Below are positions 28,476 through 38,304 of a stretch of DNA of 64,000 bases, in pieces (the first letter of the stretch is position 1; every line of letters starts with the position of its first letter). The notes beneath the pieces were generated by a model that saw nothing but the letters and a program-made list of their open reading frames with translations, was not told the origin of the DNA and made no database searches. A program made the translations under genes and the position numbers. The stretch spans positions 224,001-288,000 of the forward strand of contig CBDCNQ010000004.1 of NCBI GenBank assembly GCA_965219445.1. The letters run 5' to 3'. The DNA is from Longimicrobiales bacterium (GTDB taxonomy: Bacteria; Gemmatimonadota; Gemmatimonadetes; Longimicrobiales; Gaopeijiaceae).

Positions 28476-30176
28476 TTAGACGGGTACTCCCGGCCGGCCA
28501 GCGCGATCCGCCGCCCGCTTCTCCCGCGTAAAGGCGGACTGCGACTCGAGGAGCACGAAGATGGCCATGATGATGATCACGACGTCCACCGCCCCCAGCA
28601 GGTAGTTGGGGTTCCTCCAAAACAGATCCCACAGCTGGTAGACCGCCGCCGCCAGAGACATCAGGGTGACGAAGACCATGGGCACGAGCGTGAAGATGTA
28701 CCGCCGCCCGAGCTTGACCAACATGACGCTCAGCACGAGCAGCGTCAGGCCGGCCAGCAACTGGTTCGTGGTGCCGAAGAGAGGCCAGATGAGCATGCCA
28801 CCCTGACCGTCCCTACCGCCCGCCCCGAACGCAAGCGCGAGGCACGCCGCCACGGCCGCGAAGGTCGCGATGTATCCGTTCTGCAACACACGAATGTTGT
28901 AGATGGTGCCCCATTCCTGGACGATGTAACGCTGGAGGCGCACCCCGGCGTCCATCGTGGTTCCGGCGAACAGAACCGCCATGACCGCAAGCAGCGTCTG
29001 TGCGAATTCCCTGGACAGTGGCGTTCCGTCCGAAACGATCTGCGACCCGCCGGCGACGAACGTGGGGATGCCGATCGTGCCGCCGAACTCAGCGTACGTC
29101 GTCTGCCACTCGCCGAGCGAAGCGAAGCCCGCGCTGACGGCGATGATCGTGACGAGGGCGAGCATCCCCTCACCCGACGACCCCAGATAACCCACGAAGC
29201 GGGCGTCCGTCTCCTTGTTCAACTGCTTGGACGTTGTACCGGAGGCCACAAGGCCGTGGAACCCTGAGAGAGCCCCGCATGCGATCGTGACGAAGAGCAG
29301 AGGCACCAATGGGGGGGTCCCTGCGGGAACGCTCGTGTTGTACATCGGTGCGACGACCGTGGGGTTCGCAATGAACACCGCGCCGAACAACAGGGCCAGC
29401 CCGATGATGAGCTGAATTCCGTTGATGTAGTCTCTCGGCTGAAGCAGTAACCAGACTGGAAGCAGCGACGCAATCGTGGCGTAGATGAAGAGAATTATGA
29501 TCCACTGCGGAGCCGCTCCGAGACCCATGAATGTCTCTGGGAGCGAGACCGGAACCTGGTCCCCCACATAGATCACCGCATAGAGGATGATGGTGCCGAT
29601 GACCGTGGGCCACAGGATCGGGACCTTCACCTTATAGATCAGCACGCCGATCGCCACAGCCACGGCGATCGCGCTCCAGGCCGGAATCACGCTACTGGGC
29701 GTCGCCACGAAGGCGTTGGAGATCGCGACGGCGAACACGGCGTTGACCATCATCAACAGAAAGAAGATGACGATCATGAAGAGCGTGCGTGCACGGAGAC
29801 TGACGACATCGGCGGTGAGTGATCCGACGGACCTTCCCTGGTTACGGACGCTCGCCCAGATCGCGCCGAAGTCGTGCACGCCGGCAAAGAATATCGTGCC
29901 GCCGATGACCCATATGAACGCAGGCAGCCACCCCCAGATGACCGCGATGGCAGGTCCGATGATGGGCGCCGCACCCGCAACGGCCGTGAAGTGGTGACCC
30001 CACAGCACGACCCTGTTCGTTGGAATGAAGTCGATGTCGTCCCGCAAGGCGTGGGCCGGCGTCTCGAAATTCGGATCGAGCTGATAGATCTTCTCGGCGA
30101 TGAACTTCGAGTAGAAGAAATAGCCGGAAGCCACGAGTACGATGCCGATTACCGCAGGGACGATTGCGCTCATCAT
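28476..30176 (-). CDS. cstA: Carbon starvation protein A family transporter
   Basis: GHHFTAVAGAAPIIGP, LLQPRDYIN, TIACGALSGFH, WPLFGTTNQLL. Confidence 0.95.
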   Translation of the reverse strand: MMSAIVPAVIGIVLVASGYFFYSKFIAEKIYQLDPNFETPAHALRDDIDFIPTNRVVLWGHHFTAVAGAAPIIGPAIAVIWGWLPAFIWVIGGTIFFAGVHDFGAIWASVRNQGRSVGSLTADVVSLRARTLFMIVIFFLLMMVNAVFAVAISNAFVATPSSVIPAWSAIAVAVAIGVLIYKVKVPILWPTVIGTIILYAVIYVGDQVPVSLPETFMGLGAAPQWIIILFIYATIASLLPVWLLLQPRDYINGIQLIIGLALLFGAVFIANPTVVAPMYNTSVPAGTPPLVPLLFVTIACGALSGFHGLVASGTTSKQLNKETDARFVGYLGSSGEGMLALVTIIAVSAGFASLGEWQTTYAEFGGTIGIPTFVAGGSQIVSDGTPLSREFAQTLLAVMAVLFAGTTMDAGVRLQRYIVQEWGTIYNIRVLQNGYIATFAAVAACLALAFGAGGRDGQGGMLIWPLFGTTNQLLAGLTLLVLSVMLVKLGRRYIFTLVPMVFVTLMSLAAAVYQLWDLFWRNPNYLLGAVDVVIIIMAIFVLLESQSAFTREKRAADRAGRPGVPV

Positions 30177-30242
30177 TCAACCAGGGCTTTAGGTGGACTC
30201 GGGGCAACTGCGGCGGCAATGTAAGGAGAAAAGTCGCTCCCG

Positions 30243-31139
30243 TCAGCCCTGGGAGTGAATGAAGTCGGTAAAACCGCTGTCGTAATCGGACAGACCTTTT
30301 TGCCCGGTCATCCTCATACGCTCCTCCATGATCGGCTTCATGACGGTCCATACGGCCCGTTCATAGGCCGAGGGCTCCGGCCGAAGGGCGTGGAAGTCCT
30401 TCGCCAGTTCCTCGCGTAACCCCGACTCCTCCACCAGGCGGTGATAGTGTCCGATGTCCCCATCCGCCAGCACGCGCAGGTTGCGATGTGTGCGTTCGGC
30501 TAGTGCGGCTTGCACAAGGACCGGGTCGTCCGAGGTGCTGAGCGCGAGATAGGCGATAGCCTGCGCTTGAAGCTCCTTGTAGTAGCCTTTTCTGTGGCAA
30601 AACTCGTGTGCGATGATGTGCGGCTCGAAGACGCCAGAATCCCGGAAGATCGTGACGTCACCGGAAAGGATGTCGCATGCACCCAGGGCGAAAGGAAACA
30701 AGAGCTTGGAGAGGGCCACGCTACGAAGTTCGGCGCTCGTCTCGACTCGCTGGCCGGTGATCGAGGCGATGTAGGCGGTCAGATGCTCGTTCACGACCCG
30801 GGCCAACTGTCCTCGTGAAAGCGCCGGCGGCTGGTAGTCCCGGTTGAGAACAGCGACGAGATCGGCAACGGTTTCGCGCCGCGCCTCCTCGCTCATGGCC
30901 TCGAGGTCGGATGGGTCCTGACCGAAAGTCTCCTCGAAGTCGATAGGGCGGGCGTCCTGGCGGGCAAGCCAATCGCTCAGCGCGCTTCCCGCGTAGGCGC
31001 CCAGGGCGACCGCTTGGACGATGCGGCCTGGCATGCTCGCTCGGAACAGCAAACGGGACGCCAAGGGAGCCAGCATGAAGACGTCGGCGAGGGCAAACGG
31101 CGCATAAGTCGCCTGGTTTGGGATTTCTACACGGTCCAT
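30243..31139 (-). CDS. DUF3810-like zinc metallopeptidase-motif protein
   Basis: IIAHEFCHRKGYYKE (HExxH..G...E). Confidence 0.65.
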   Translation of the reverse strand: MDRVEIPNQATYAPFALADVFMLAPLASRLLFRASMPGRIVQAVALGAYAGSALSDWLARQDARPIDFEETFGQDPSDLEAMSEEARRETVADLVAVLNRDYQPPALSRGQLARVVNEHLTAYIASITGQRVETSAELRSVALSKLLFPFALGACDILSGDVTIFRDSGVFEPHIIAHEFCHRKGYYKELQAQAIAYLALSTSDDPVLVQAALAERTHRNLRVLADGDIGHYHRLVEESGLREELAKDFHALRPEPSAYERAVWTVMKPIMEERMRMTGQKGLSDYDSGFTDFIHSQG

Positions 31140-31266
31140 TGCCACAGTACCCACGCTCGACGGTCGTGGGTCCCGTACTGCGGGAGGGTGGAAGAGGGGC
31201 TCACGGTCCCGCTCCGGTGGCCCACCCCTCTTTCCGATCACCCTTCCAACGGTACAATGCTTCGAA

Positions 31267-32181
31267 ATGCCATCGACCGAACCAGCTTGGTTTCTCACGA
31301 TCCCTTGGGCCCTGCTCCTCTTCCCGGGTGCCGGTCTGGCTCAGAATGGTGGCCGCGACGCATGGTTTCCAGATGCGGAATACTTCTCCCGGCCCACGGC
31401 CTCGGTGCGAGAACCGACCTTCGCGATCGGGGCCGTGTGGAGCACGGTGTTCAGAGACCGATCCGACCCCGCCGAACGCTCACCCTTCGACCTCCAGGGT
31501 GGAACCGGGCTGGGAACCGACCTCCAGGGTGAGGCGGCACTCGGGGGCAACATCCGGATCTGGCAGCCGCTGCAGTGGGCCGATGGCGGACTCACGCTGG
31601 GCATCCAAGCCGGAGTCTTCGGCCGTTTTCGCTTCGAGGTCTCGAACAACGACCTCGTGGCCTCCGACTGGATCGTGGGCCTCCCAGCAGAGATCGCGCA
31701 CGGACCTTGGTCTGGACGTCTACGCGTTCTGCACTGGAGCGCTCATGTGGGCGACGAGCTGATCGAGGCGGGTGTCGAACGCGTCGACTTTACCACGGAG
31801 ACGCTGGAGGCGCTGGCCGCCTATGGGTCCGGCGATTTTCGGTTCTACGGAGGCGGAAGCCTGGTGGTCCGCTCGAGCCTCGAGAACGAGCCTCAGTTGG
31901 GCCCGGCCTTCTCCGATGACGTGCTGATGCGCTTGGGCGCCGACGCGCGCGTGCGCCCATGGGCCCGAGACGACGTAACCGTGGACGGAGGAGTGGACTG
32001 GCAAAGCAGCGACCGCACGGGGTGGGCGGGCCAGCTTTCCGTCCGGCTCGGCCTCAGCGTGCGTGACGGTGCCCGCTCAGCACAGTTGAGTGGCATCTAC
32101 CACCGTGGGCCATCGCCCATGGGTCAATTCTTCCTCACGGACGAGCGATACTGGGGCATCGAGTTGATCCTAGCGCCTTGA
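31267..32181 (+). CDS. DUF1207-like outer membrane protein
   Basis: Signal peptide; DLVASDW, HWSAHVGDE, GPSPMGQFF. Confidence 0.75.
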   Translation: MPSTEPAWFLTIPWALLLFPGAGLAQNGGRDAWFPDAEYFSRPTASVREPTFAIGAVWSTVFRDRSDPAERSPFDLQGGTGLGTDLQGEAALGGNIRIWQPLQWADGGLTLGIQAGVFGRFRFEVSNNDLVASDWIVGLPAEIAHGPWSGRLRVLHWSAHVGDELIEAGVERVDFTTETLEALAAYGSGDFRFYGGGSLVVRSSLENEPQLGPAFSDDVLMRLGADARVRPWARDDVTVDGGVDWQSSDRTGWAGQLSVRLGLSVRDGARSAQLSGIYHRGPSPMGQFFLTDERYWGIELILAP

Positions 32182-32343
32182 GCGGCGAACGTTCCGGCGT
32201 CTCCGAACCGATGCACTCCCTGATTTCGGAGTCCAACACGATCAACCGTATTCGTGTGAGTCATAGCGAAGACGTCCATCTGTGCTCTGGAGGCCGCCCA
32301 TGACCTACCCGCTCATGGAGCTGCGAGCCACGGGTTCCTTCCG

Positions 32344-33705
32344 ATGACGATTTCCGGAAACGGCACGTCCTCAGACGGCGCATCTTCACGCTTTCCCGTC
32401 GGCATGTCCTCGACAAGCAGGAAGACGATCTGGGGGTGGGCGCTCTACGACTTCGGCAATTCGGCGTTCTTTACGGTAATCGTGACGTTCACATACGGGG
32501 TCTTCTTCGCTGAGGAGATCGTCCCGGACGGGACCATCGGTTCGGTCGTTTGGGCGAACGCGATCACGGTAGCGGCGGTGATCATCGCGTTGACTTCGCC
32601 CTTCTTGGGCGCCCTTGCGGACCGTGGCGGCCATCGTCGGCGGTACCTGTTCATCGCGACGACGATTGCGATCATCGGAACGGCCTTGCTCTACTTTCCG
32701 ACTCCGGGAGAGGTGCGCCTGGCGCTGGTAATCTTCGTGATCGCCAACGTCGCGGCCGAGTTGGCGATGGTGTTTTACAACTCGTACCTGCCCGACATCT
32801 CCACGCCGGACAACATCGGTAAGATCTCGGGCTATGGATGGTCGCTGGGTTACCTGGGCGGGCTGCTCGTCATGGGGATCGCGCTGGTCGGCTTTGTCCA
32901 GACGGACCAGCCCTGGTTCGGTATTCCGGCGGGCGAGCTCGCACAGTTTCAAAATGTGCGAGCCACTACGCTGGTGGTCGCGTTGTGGTTCGCGGTCTTT
33001 GCCATCCCGATATTCCGGTGGGTTCCCGAGCCCGAACGCGCCGGTGCCCCCCCGCTCCGTGAACTCTTGCGGGGGACCGTTAGCCAGCTCAGGAACACCT
33101 TCGAGGACGTCCGGCGTTACGCTCAGGTCGCTCGGCTGCTGGTCGCTCGTCTCATCTACAACGATGGCCTCGGCATGATCTTCGGTATCGGGGCGATCTA
33201 TACCACCGAGGCCTTTGGCTTTACGCTCACTCAGGCGATGACGTTCGGTTTGGCGATCCAGGTGGCGGCCGGTCTGGGCGCGTTGGCGATGGGCTTTCTC
33301 GACGACCGAGTCGGTGGCAAGAAGACGATCCTCATCTCTCTGGTCGGGTTGACGCTTGCGGTCCTGTGGGCCACGCTCGCTCCGGCAGAGAGCACGAACT
33401 CCATATACGCGGCGGGGTTGGCCATCGGCATATTCATGGGTCCGAATCAATCCGCGAGCCGCTCACTGCTTGGCCGTTTTGCGCCCCCTGAAAAAGAGAC
33501 TGAGTTTTACGGCTTCTTCGCGTTCTCCGGGAAAGCCACCGCCTTTGTGGGGACCATCGTCTACGCGAGCATGACCACGGCCTTCGGGAACCCTCGATAC
33601 GGCGCGGGCGCCATCGTCGTCTTTTTCCTCATCGGCGGGCTGATCCTCCTCACCGTGGATGAGCGAGCGGGCGTGGCCGCGAGCGGGCGGACTGCTGCTT
33701 CATAG
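32344..33705 (+). CDS. MFS transporter (UMF1/ATG22-like)
   Basis: WALYDFGNSAF, FYNSYLP, GKISGYGWSLGYLGG, QSASRSL, EFYGFF. Confidence 0.92.
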   Translation: MTISGNGTSSDGASSRFPVGMSSTSRKTIWGWALYDFGNSAFFTVIVTFTYGVFFAEEIVPDGTIGSVVWANAITVAAVIIALTSPFLGALADRGGHRRRYLFIATTIAIIGTALLYFPTPGEVRLALVIFVIANVAAELAMVFYNSYLPDISTPDNIGKISGYGWSLGYLGGLLVMGIALVGFVQTDQPWFGIPAGELAQFQNVRATTLVVALWFAVFAIPIFRWVPEPERAGAPPLRELLRGTVSQLRNTFEDVRRYAQVARLLVARLIYNDGLGMIFGIGAIYTTEAFGFTLTQAMTFGLAIQVAAGLGALAMGFLDDRVGGKKTILISLVGLTLAVLWATLAPAESTNSIYAAGLAIGIFMGPNQSASRSLLGRFAPPEKETEFYGFFAFSGKATAFVGTIVYASMTTAFGNPRYGAGAIVVFFLIGGLILLTVDERAGVAASGRTAAS

Positions 33706-33752
33706 CCATGCGTATCGTCTAGCATGTGTATCGTCTAGCCATGCGCATCGTC
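33703..33752 (+). repeat. Triple tandem 16-17 bp repeat across MFS stop and rsmD start
   Basis: TAGCCATGCGTATCGTC / TAGCATGTGTATCGTC / TAGCCATGCGCATCGTC. Confidence 0.85.
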
Positions 33753-34316
33753 GCTGGAAAGCACGCGGGCCGGCACCTGACCTCCCCTGCCAAGCGGATT
33801 CGGCCCACCGCAGAGACGGTTCGGGACCGCTGGCTCATCCGTCTCAAGGACGACCTCGAGGGCGCGCGGGTGTTGGATCTCTTCGCGGGCTCCGGAGCGC
33901 TGGGGCTCGAAGCGCTTTCTCGAGGCGCCACATCGGTGGATTTCGTGGAAAACGGTGCGGAGGCGCTCCACTCGCTCAAAGCCAACGTGACGGCGCTCCG
34001 AGAGAAAAAGCGTACACGCATCTTCAAGCGGGACGCCATCGTCTTCGCCGAGGCGCTGGAGGAACACAGCTACGACATCGTGTTTGTCGATGCGCCCTAC
34101 GGATCGAAGAAATTGGACCGCATCGTAGGCATCTGGGCCGCTTGTCACTTCGCCCGGATTCTCGGGGCGGAGCACGCACGGGACCACCTGCTTTCCAGCG
34201 AGCGACTTCGAGGACGCACGCGGTTCAGCGGCGAGACGGGTGTGACGATCTTCCGTGCCTCGATCGTCGAGGGGCTGCAAAAGAAAGTGTTATCACCTCG
34301 CCGAACCGACATGTAA
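33741..34316 (+). CDS. rsmD: RsmD-family 16S rRNA methyltransferase
   Basis: MRIVAGK, IRPT, VLDLFAGSGALGLEALSRGA, DAPY. Confidence 0.88.
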   Translation: MRIVAGKHAGRHLTSPAKRIRPTAETVRDRWLIRLKDDLEGARVLDLFAGSGALGLEALSRGATSVDFVENGAEALHSLKANVTALREKKRTRIFKRDAIVFAEALEEHSYDIVFVDAPYGSKKLDRIVGIWAACHFARILGAEHARDHLLSSERLRGRTRFSGETGVTIFRASIVEGLQKKVLSPRRTDM

Positions 34317-34414
34317 CTTTTATTTATACGAGAAGATCTATTCGAGAACGTCGAGCAGCACAGCGGGCATGACCCTCGCGGGAGTCTATTCTGATTAACA
34401 GACGTTGGCGGCAG

Positions 34415-34891
34415 TTGCGCCAATTGATCGAGCGATACCGTTCGCGCTTCGAGGTGCCGCCGGCAGGATTCACCCTTCTGGAGCTGCTGATGGTGACCGT
34501 GATTGTCGGAACGCTTTCGACCATGGTCGCGCCGTCACTCCAGAGGGCTCGCGAGCAGGCGCAGGTCGGGGCCGCCATTTCCGAGATCAGAATCATCGAA
34601 GCGGAGCTGGCGATCTACATCGAGATCAACTTCGGGCCACCGGTGAGCTTGGCCGCGATCGACCGGGCGGGCCTGGTCGATCCGTGGGGATATCCCTACG
34701 TCTACAACTTAGTGACGGGCCCCGGGGGCGCGCGCAAGGACAAGTTCATGGTCCCGCTCAATACCGACTACGACCTGTACAGTGTCGGAGCGGACGGCGA
34801 GAGCGTCGGTCCCCTTTCTGCAAAGAAGAGCAAGGACGATGTCATCCGTGCCCTGAACGGAGGCTATGTCGGCCTCGCTTCGAATTTCTGA
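34415..34891 (+). CDS. Prepilin-type GspG-like pseudopilin
   Basis: GFTLLELL N-methylation site; DPWGYPYVY, YDLYSVGADG. Confidence 0.85.
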   Translation: MRQLIERYRSRFEVPPAGFTLLELLMVTVIVGTLSTMVAPSLQRAREQAQVGAAISEIRIIEAELAIYIEINFGPPVSLAAIDRAGLVDPWGYPYVYNLVTGPGGARKDKFMVPLNTDYDLYSVGADGESVGPLSAKKSKDDVIRALNGGYVGLASNF

Positions 34892-34918
34892 TGGCATGGA
34901 CAGGATGAATCGGATTCA

Positions 34919-36676
34919 ATGAGATTCGACTTCGAGCACTTCAGAACCAAGATCGGTCGGAAAATCGTGGGCCTGTTCGTCCTTTGTGCCATCCTTCCGA
35001 TGGCGACTCTGTCGTTGGTTTCCTATTTGAGGGTCGAGTCGGAGCTCCGTAATCGGAACACCGAAGTGATGAATTCGGGCGCGTCCAACACTCAGATGGG
35101 GGTTCTGGAAAGGCTCCAAGCCGTCGAGAGTGAGCTGATCCTCCTGGCCGCCTCTCCCGGCGTAGACCGTGCACTCGAAGGAACGGGCGATGCTCCGAGC
35201 GGGTCGGAGTCCCTGCGGCGGCTCAGCGCCCTGACGTTGGCTATGTCGGATGCGACCATTTCGATCCATGGCGACCTGACCGATACACCAGAGCTTCCTT
35301 CCGAGACGCTCGCCAATCTGGACGGCGGCCAGAGCGCGTTGGCCGTGATCCTGGGTGCGGGTGGCAGGCCGGAGATCCTGATCGCACGTGCTCCTGCCGG
35401 AACGAGCACGGACGCCGGCATACTCTGGGGGCGAATCATAGCCGACAGCCTCTGGGCCACGGCACAGGTATACGCCGTCGGCGTCGCCGCCAGCGAGATC
35501 GACCTTCAGGACGACAGCGGCTACTGCGTGCTGGACGGGGCCCGGCGGCCCCTGGACTGTGCCGGGGCACTGGTGGCGTGGCTCTCCGGGGGGGTTCCCG
35601 AGGACATCGATATCCCGGAGAACACCGTTCACGGAGCCCTCTCATGGGCCACCGACCAGACGCCGTATGCCGGCCACTACCGCCATCTGTTCTTGAGTGG
35701 CTTCAACAGCGACGACTGGACGATCGTGCTCGCAAGAGACGAGCGAAGCGTACTGCAAGAGTTGGCGGAGTTCCGGAGAATACTGATCGGTTTCTTCGTG
35801 CTCACGGGTGCTTTGGTCCTATTGTTCAGCGCCGGCGGCATTCGCCAAAGCATGGAGCCGCTGGCCAAGCTCCGGGAGGGTACCCGCCGGGTCGCCGCAC
35901 AGGACTTCAGCACCCGCGTGCACATTTCGAGTGGAGACGAGTTCGAGGAGCTGGCCGGATCCTTCAACGACATGGCGACCAAGGTCGGGACCCTGGTCGA
36001 GGAGTTGAAGGATCTCAACTGGAGCACGATCACGACGCTCGCCCGTACCATCGACGCGAAATCTCCCTGGACCGCGGGCCATTCAGAGCGCGTGTCCCAG
36101 ATGTCTGTGGCGATCGCACGGGTTATGGGGTTGGGCGAGGCCGAGATTGAGCGGCTATATCGCGGCGGACTCCTCCACGACATCGGTAAGATCGGCGTAC
36201 CCATCACGATCATCGACAAGAAGGGGCGGCTCACCGACGAGGAGATGGCCGTGATGCGGAGTCACGTAACCGTCGGCGCGAAGATTCTCGAGCCGCTCAC
36301 TGCCCTCGAGGACGTGATACCGATCGTTCTCTACCACCATGAACGCTTCGACGGCAAAGGGTATGAGGCCGGATTGGCCGGCACGGACATTCCTCGGTTG
36401 GCGCGGATCCTGTGCGTTGCGGACAGCTACGACGCGATGCGCTCCGACCGGCCGTACCGTGCCGGAAGAAGCCCGGACGAGACGCTCGAGGAGATCGCTC
36501 TGTGCTCGGGAAGCCAGTTCGATCCGGACGCCGTCCAGGCCTTCGTCGAGTATATGTCGTCGGAGGAAGGAGAGCTCGCGTCCACGGGGAAATTCTCGCA
36601 GCCCTTCGGCGTGCCTGCTGAAAAGCGTGTGAGGTCGTCGCGCACACTCGCTGGTGGCGAGAGGGTACCCGCGTGA
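34919..36676 (+). CDS. Membrane sensor, HAMP plus HD-GYP domain
   Basis: Two TMs, HAMP (DEFEELAGSFNDM), GHSERV, LLHDIGKIG, HHERFDGKGYE, RPYR. Confidence 0.92.
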   Translation: MRFDFEHFRTKIGRKIVGLFVLCAILPMATLSLVSYLRVESELRNRNTEVMNSGASNTQMGVLERLQAVESELILLAASPGVDRALEGTGDAPSGSESLRRLSALTLAMSDATISIHGDLTDTPELPSETLANLDGGQSALAVILGAGGRPEILIARAPAGTSTDAGILWGRIIADSLWATAQVYAVGVAASEIDLQDDSGYCVLDGARRPLDCAGALVAWLSGGVPEDIDIPENTVHGALSWATDQTPYAGHYRHLFLSGFNSDDWTIVLARDERSVLQELAEFRRILIGFFVLTGALVLLFSAGGIRQSMEPLAKLREGTRRVAAQDFSTRVHISSGDEFEELAGSFNDMATKVGTLVEELKDLNWSTITTLARTIDAKSPWTAGHSERVSQMSVAIARVMGLGEAEIERLYRGGLLHDIGKIGVPITIIDKKGRLTDEEMAVMRSHVTVGAKILEPLTALEDVIPIVLYHHERFDGKGYEAGLAGTDIPRLARILCVADSYDAMRSDRPYRAGRSPDETLEEIALCSGSQFDPDAVQAFVEYMSSEEGELASTGKFSQPFGVPAEKRVRSSRTLAGGERVPA

Positions 36677-37122
36677 AACGCGACGCAGGGTACGCATCGT
36701 GCAAATGGTACGCATTGGGTGCCTTCCTCCTGATCGGCGCGTGTGGACGCCCAACCTTCGACGCACCTCCGGCGAGCATCGAGGGGAGGTGGACCACCGC
36801 CGACGACCCACGGTATGCGGATCGCGCGTTCGAGATCACAGAAGATTTTCTCTATTTGCTACAAGGAGGAGACACGTTCGCGGTGCACAAGATTCGCGAT
36901 GTGGAGGTGATCGATGACGACCTTCCCCGCTACACTATCGAGTATCGAGGAGACGAGGGTGACTTGTTCACCCTCCGTGTCTACCTGTCGCAGGAGGAGG
37001 GAGGCACCCTCTTCTTGGCAAACCAGATGAATATGAAGTGGCGCAGAGACCCTGATGCCTCCGTGCCGTGGGGCGTACTCTTGGATTTAGAGAGAAACGA
37101 GGCGCCCCGATCCGGGTCGTAG
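36673..37122 (+). CDS. Hypothetical lipoprotein
   Basis: Lipobox-like IGAC; GTGA overlap with the preceding gene. Confidence 0.7.
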   Translation: MKRDAGYASCKWYALGAFLLIGACGRPTFDAPPASIEGRWTTADDPRYADRAFEITEDFLYLLQGGDTFAVHKIRDVEVIDDDLPRYTIEYRGDEGDLFTLRVYLSQEEGGTLFLANQMNMKWRRDPDASVPWGVLLDLERNEAPRSGS

Positions 37123-37275
37123 CGGCTTAGGGGCTCAGGGCCTAGGTAGAGGCCGCTCCGGCCAGTTCCACACCGAGGCACACCGGGCCTCACACCCACA
37201 CTTGTTTGACAGAGCCGCCTCACCTCTGGCACTTTCCTTGGACACCGCCGGAACCTTTGCTCAAGGAAGCTGGCA

Positions 37276-38235
37276 ATGGAGCAGCGCGAGCCGGATCGTC
37301 TCGTCCACGGGGCCCTCGCAGGTGCGGTGGCGGGCATCGTGGTGGTTATCTGGTTCCTTGTGATGGATATGGTCGCAGGCCATCCGTTCGACACTCCCGC
37401 ACGCCTCTCGAGCGCCGTGTTACGGACCGAGTTCAGCGGACCGTTGCCACGCCTGATGATGCTCTATACGGTCCTTCATTTCGGAGTATTTATCGCGCTC
37501 GGGGTGGCGGCGACGTGGACCCTCGAAGTGCTCCGGATCCAGCCGGGGCTTGTGGTAGGCGGCGTGTTCGCGGTCGGCGTTCTCAACACGGTTCATTATG
37601 TGGGCCTACTCGTGACCGGAACCAACCTTCTCACCATCGTCCCGATTCAGCAGGTGGCCGCGGCCAACCTCCTCGGCGGCACGCTGATGATGGCGTACCT
37701 ACACCGGGCTCTCGGCTCCGAGGAGCCCTTCGGATGGAATGTGCTCCGGCGATACCCAGTCCTCTTCGAGGGCTTCGGAACGGGCCTAGTGGGGGCGGCC
37801 GCAGTCGCCGTCTGGTTCCTGATCGTTGATCTATTGGCCGGCTCTCCACTCCATACACCTGCCGCGCTGGGGTCGGCCGTGCTTCTCGGCGCTGAGAACG
37901 CCACCGAAATCGAGCTCAATGTGGCCGTCGTGGCCGTGTACTCGCTCCTCCACCTATCCGTGTTCATCACCGTCGGGATGGGCTTTTCTTGGATGGTCCA
38001 GGAGCTACACGGGGCATTGGCATTCGGGGTACGCGCCCTCATCGTACTGCTCGTCATGGAGGGCCTGTTCATCGGGTCGGTCGGCATGGTAAACAGCTGG
38101 ATCGTCCAGGAAATCGGATGGGTGAGCATCTTGGTGGCCAACGTCCTGGCCGTAGCCGGCATGAGCGGTTGGATTTGGCAGCACCACCCCGACATCCGAC
38201 GCCGAAAGGCATCCAGCGCACCGGTCGGAGTTTGA
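37276..38235 (+). CDS. Integral membrane protein with twofold internal repeat
   Basis: WFLVMDMVAGHPFDTPARL and WFLIVDLLAGSPLHTPAAL halves. Confidence 0.8.
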   Translation: MEQREPDRLVHGALAGAVAGIVVVIWFLVMDMVAGHPFDTPARLSSAVLRTEFSGPLPRLMMLYTVLHFGVFIALGVAATWTLEVLRIQPGLVVGGVFAVGVLNTVHYVGLLVTGTNLLTIVPIQQVAAANLLGGTLMMAYLHRALGSEEPFGWNVLRRYPVLFEGFGTGLVGAAAVAVWFLIVDLLAGSPLHTPAALGSAVLLGAENATEIELNVAVVAVYSLLHLSVFITVGMGFSWMVQELHGALAFGVRALIVLLVMEGLFIGSVGMVNSWIVQEIGWVSILVANVLAVAGMSGWIWQHHPDIRRRKASSAPVGV

Positions 38236-38304
38236 GCTACGGCACTTCACGCAGCCTCACGTTCCCGCTGGGGCCTCCGCCCCGGCACAAACCACGGAGG
38301 ATCA

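Noticed and set aside
37226..37241. Sigma54-like CTGGCACTTTCCTTGG (similar at 50137..50152)
   Set aside because: -12 element is not TTGC in either; the second overlaps the RBS; too weak to call
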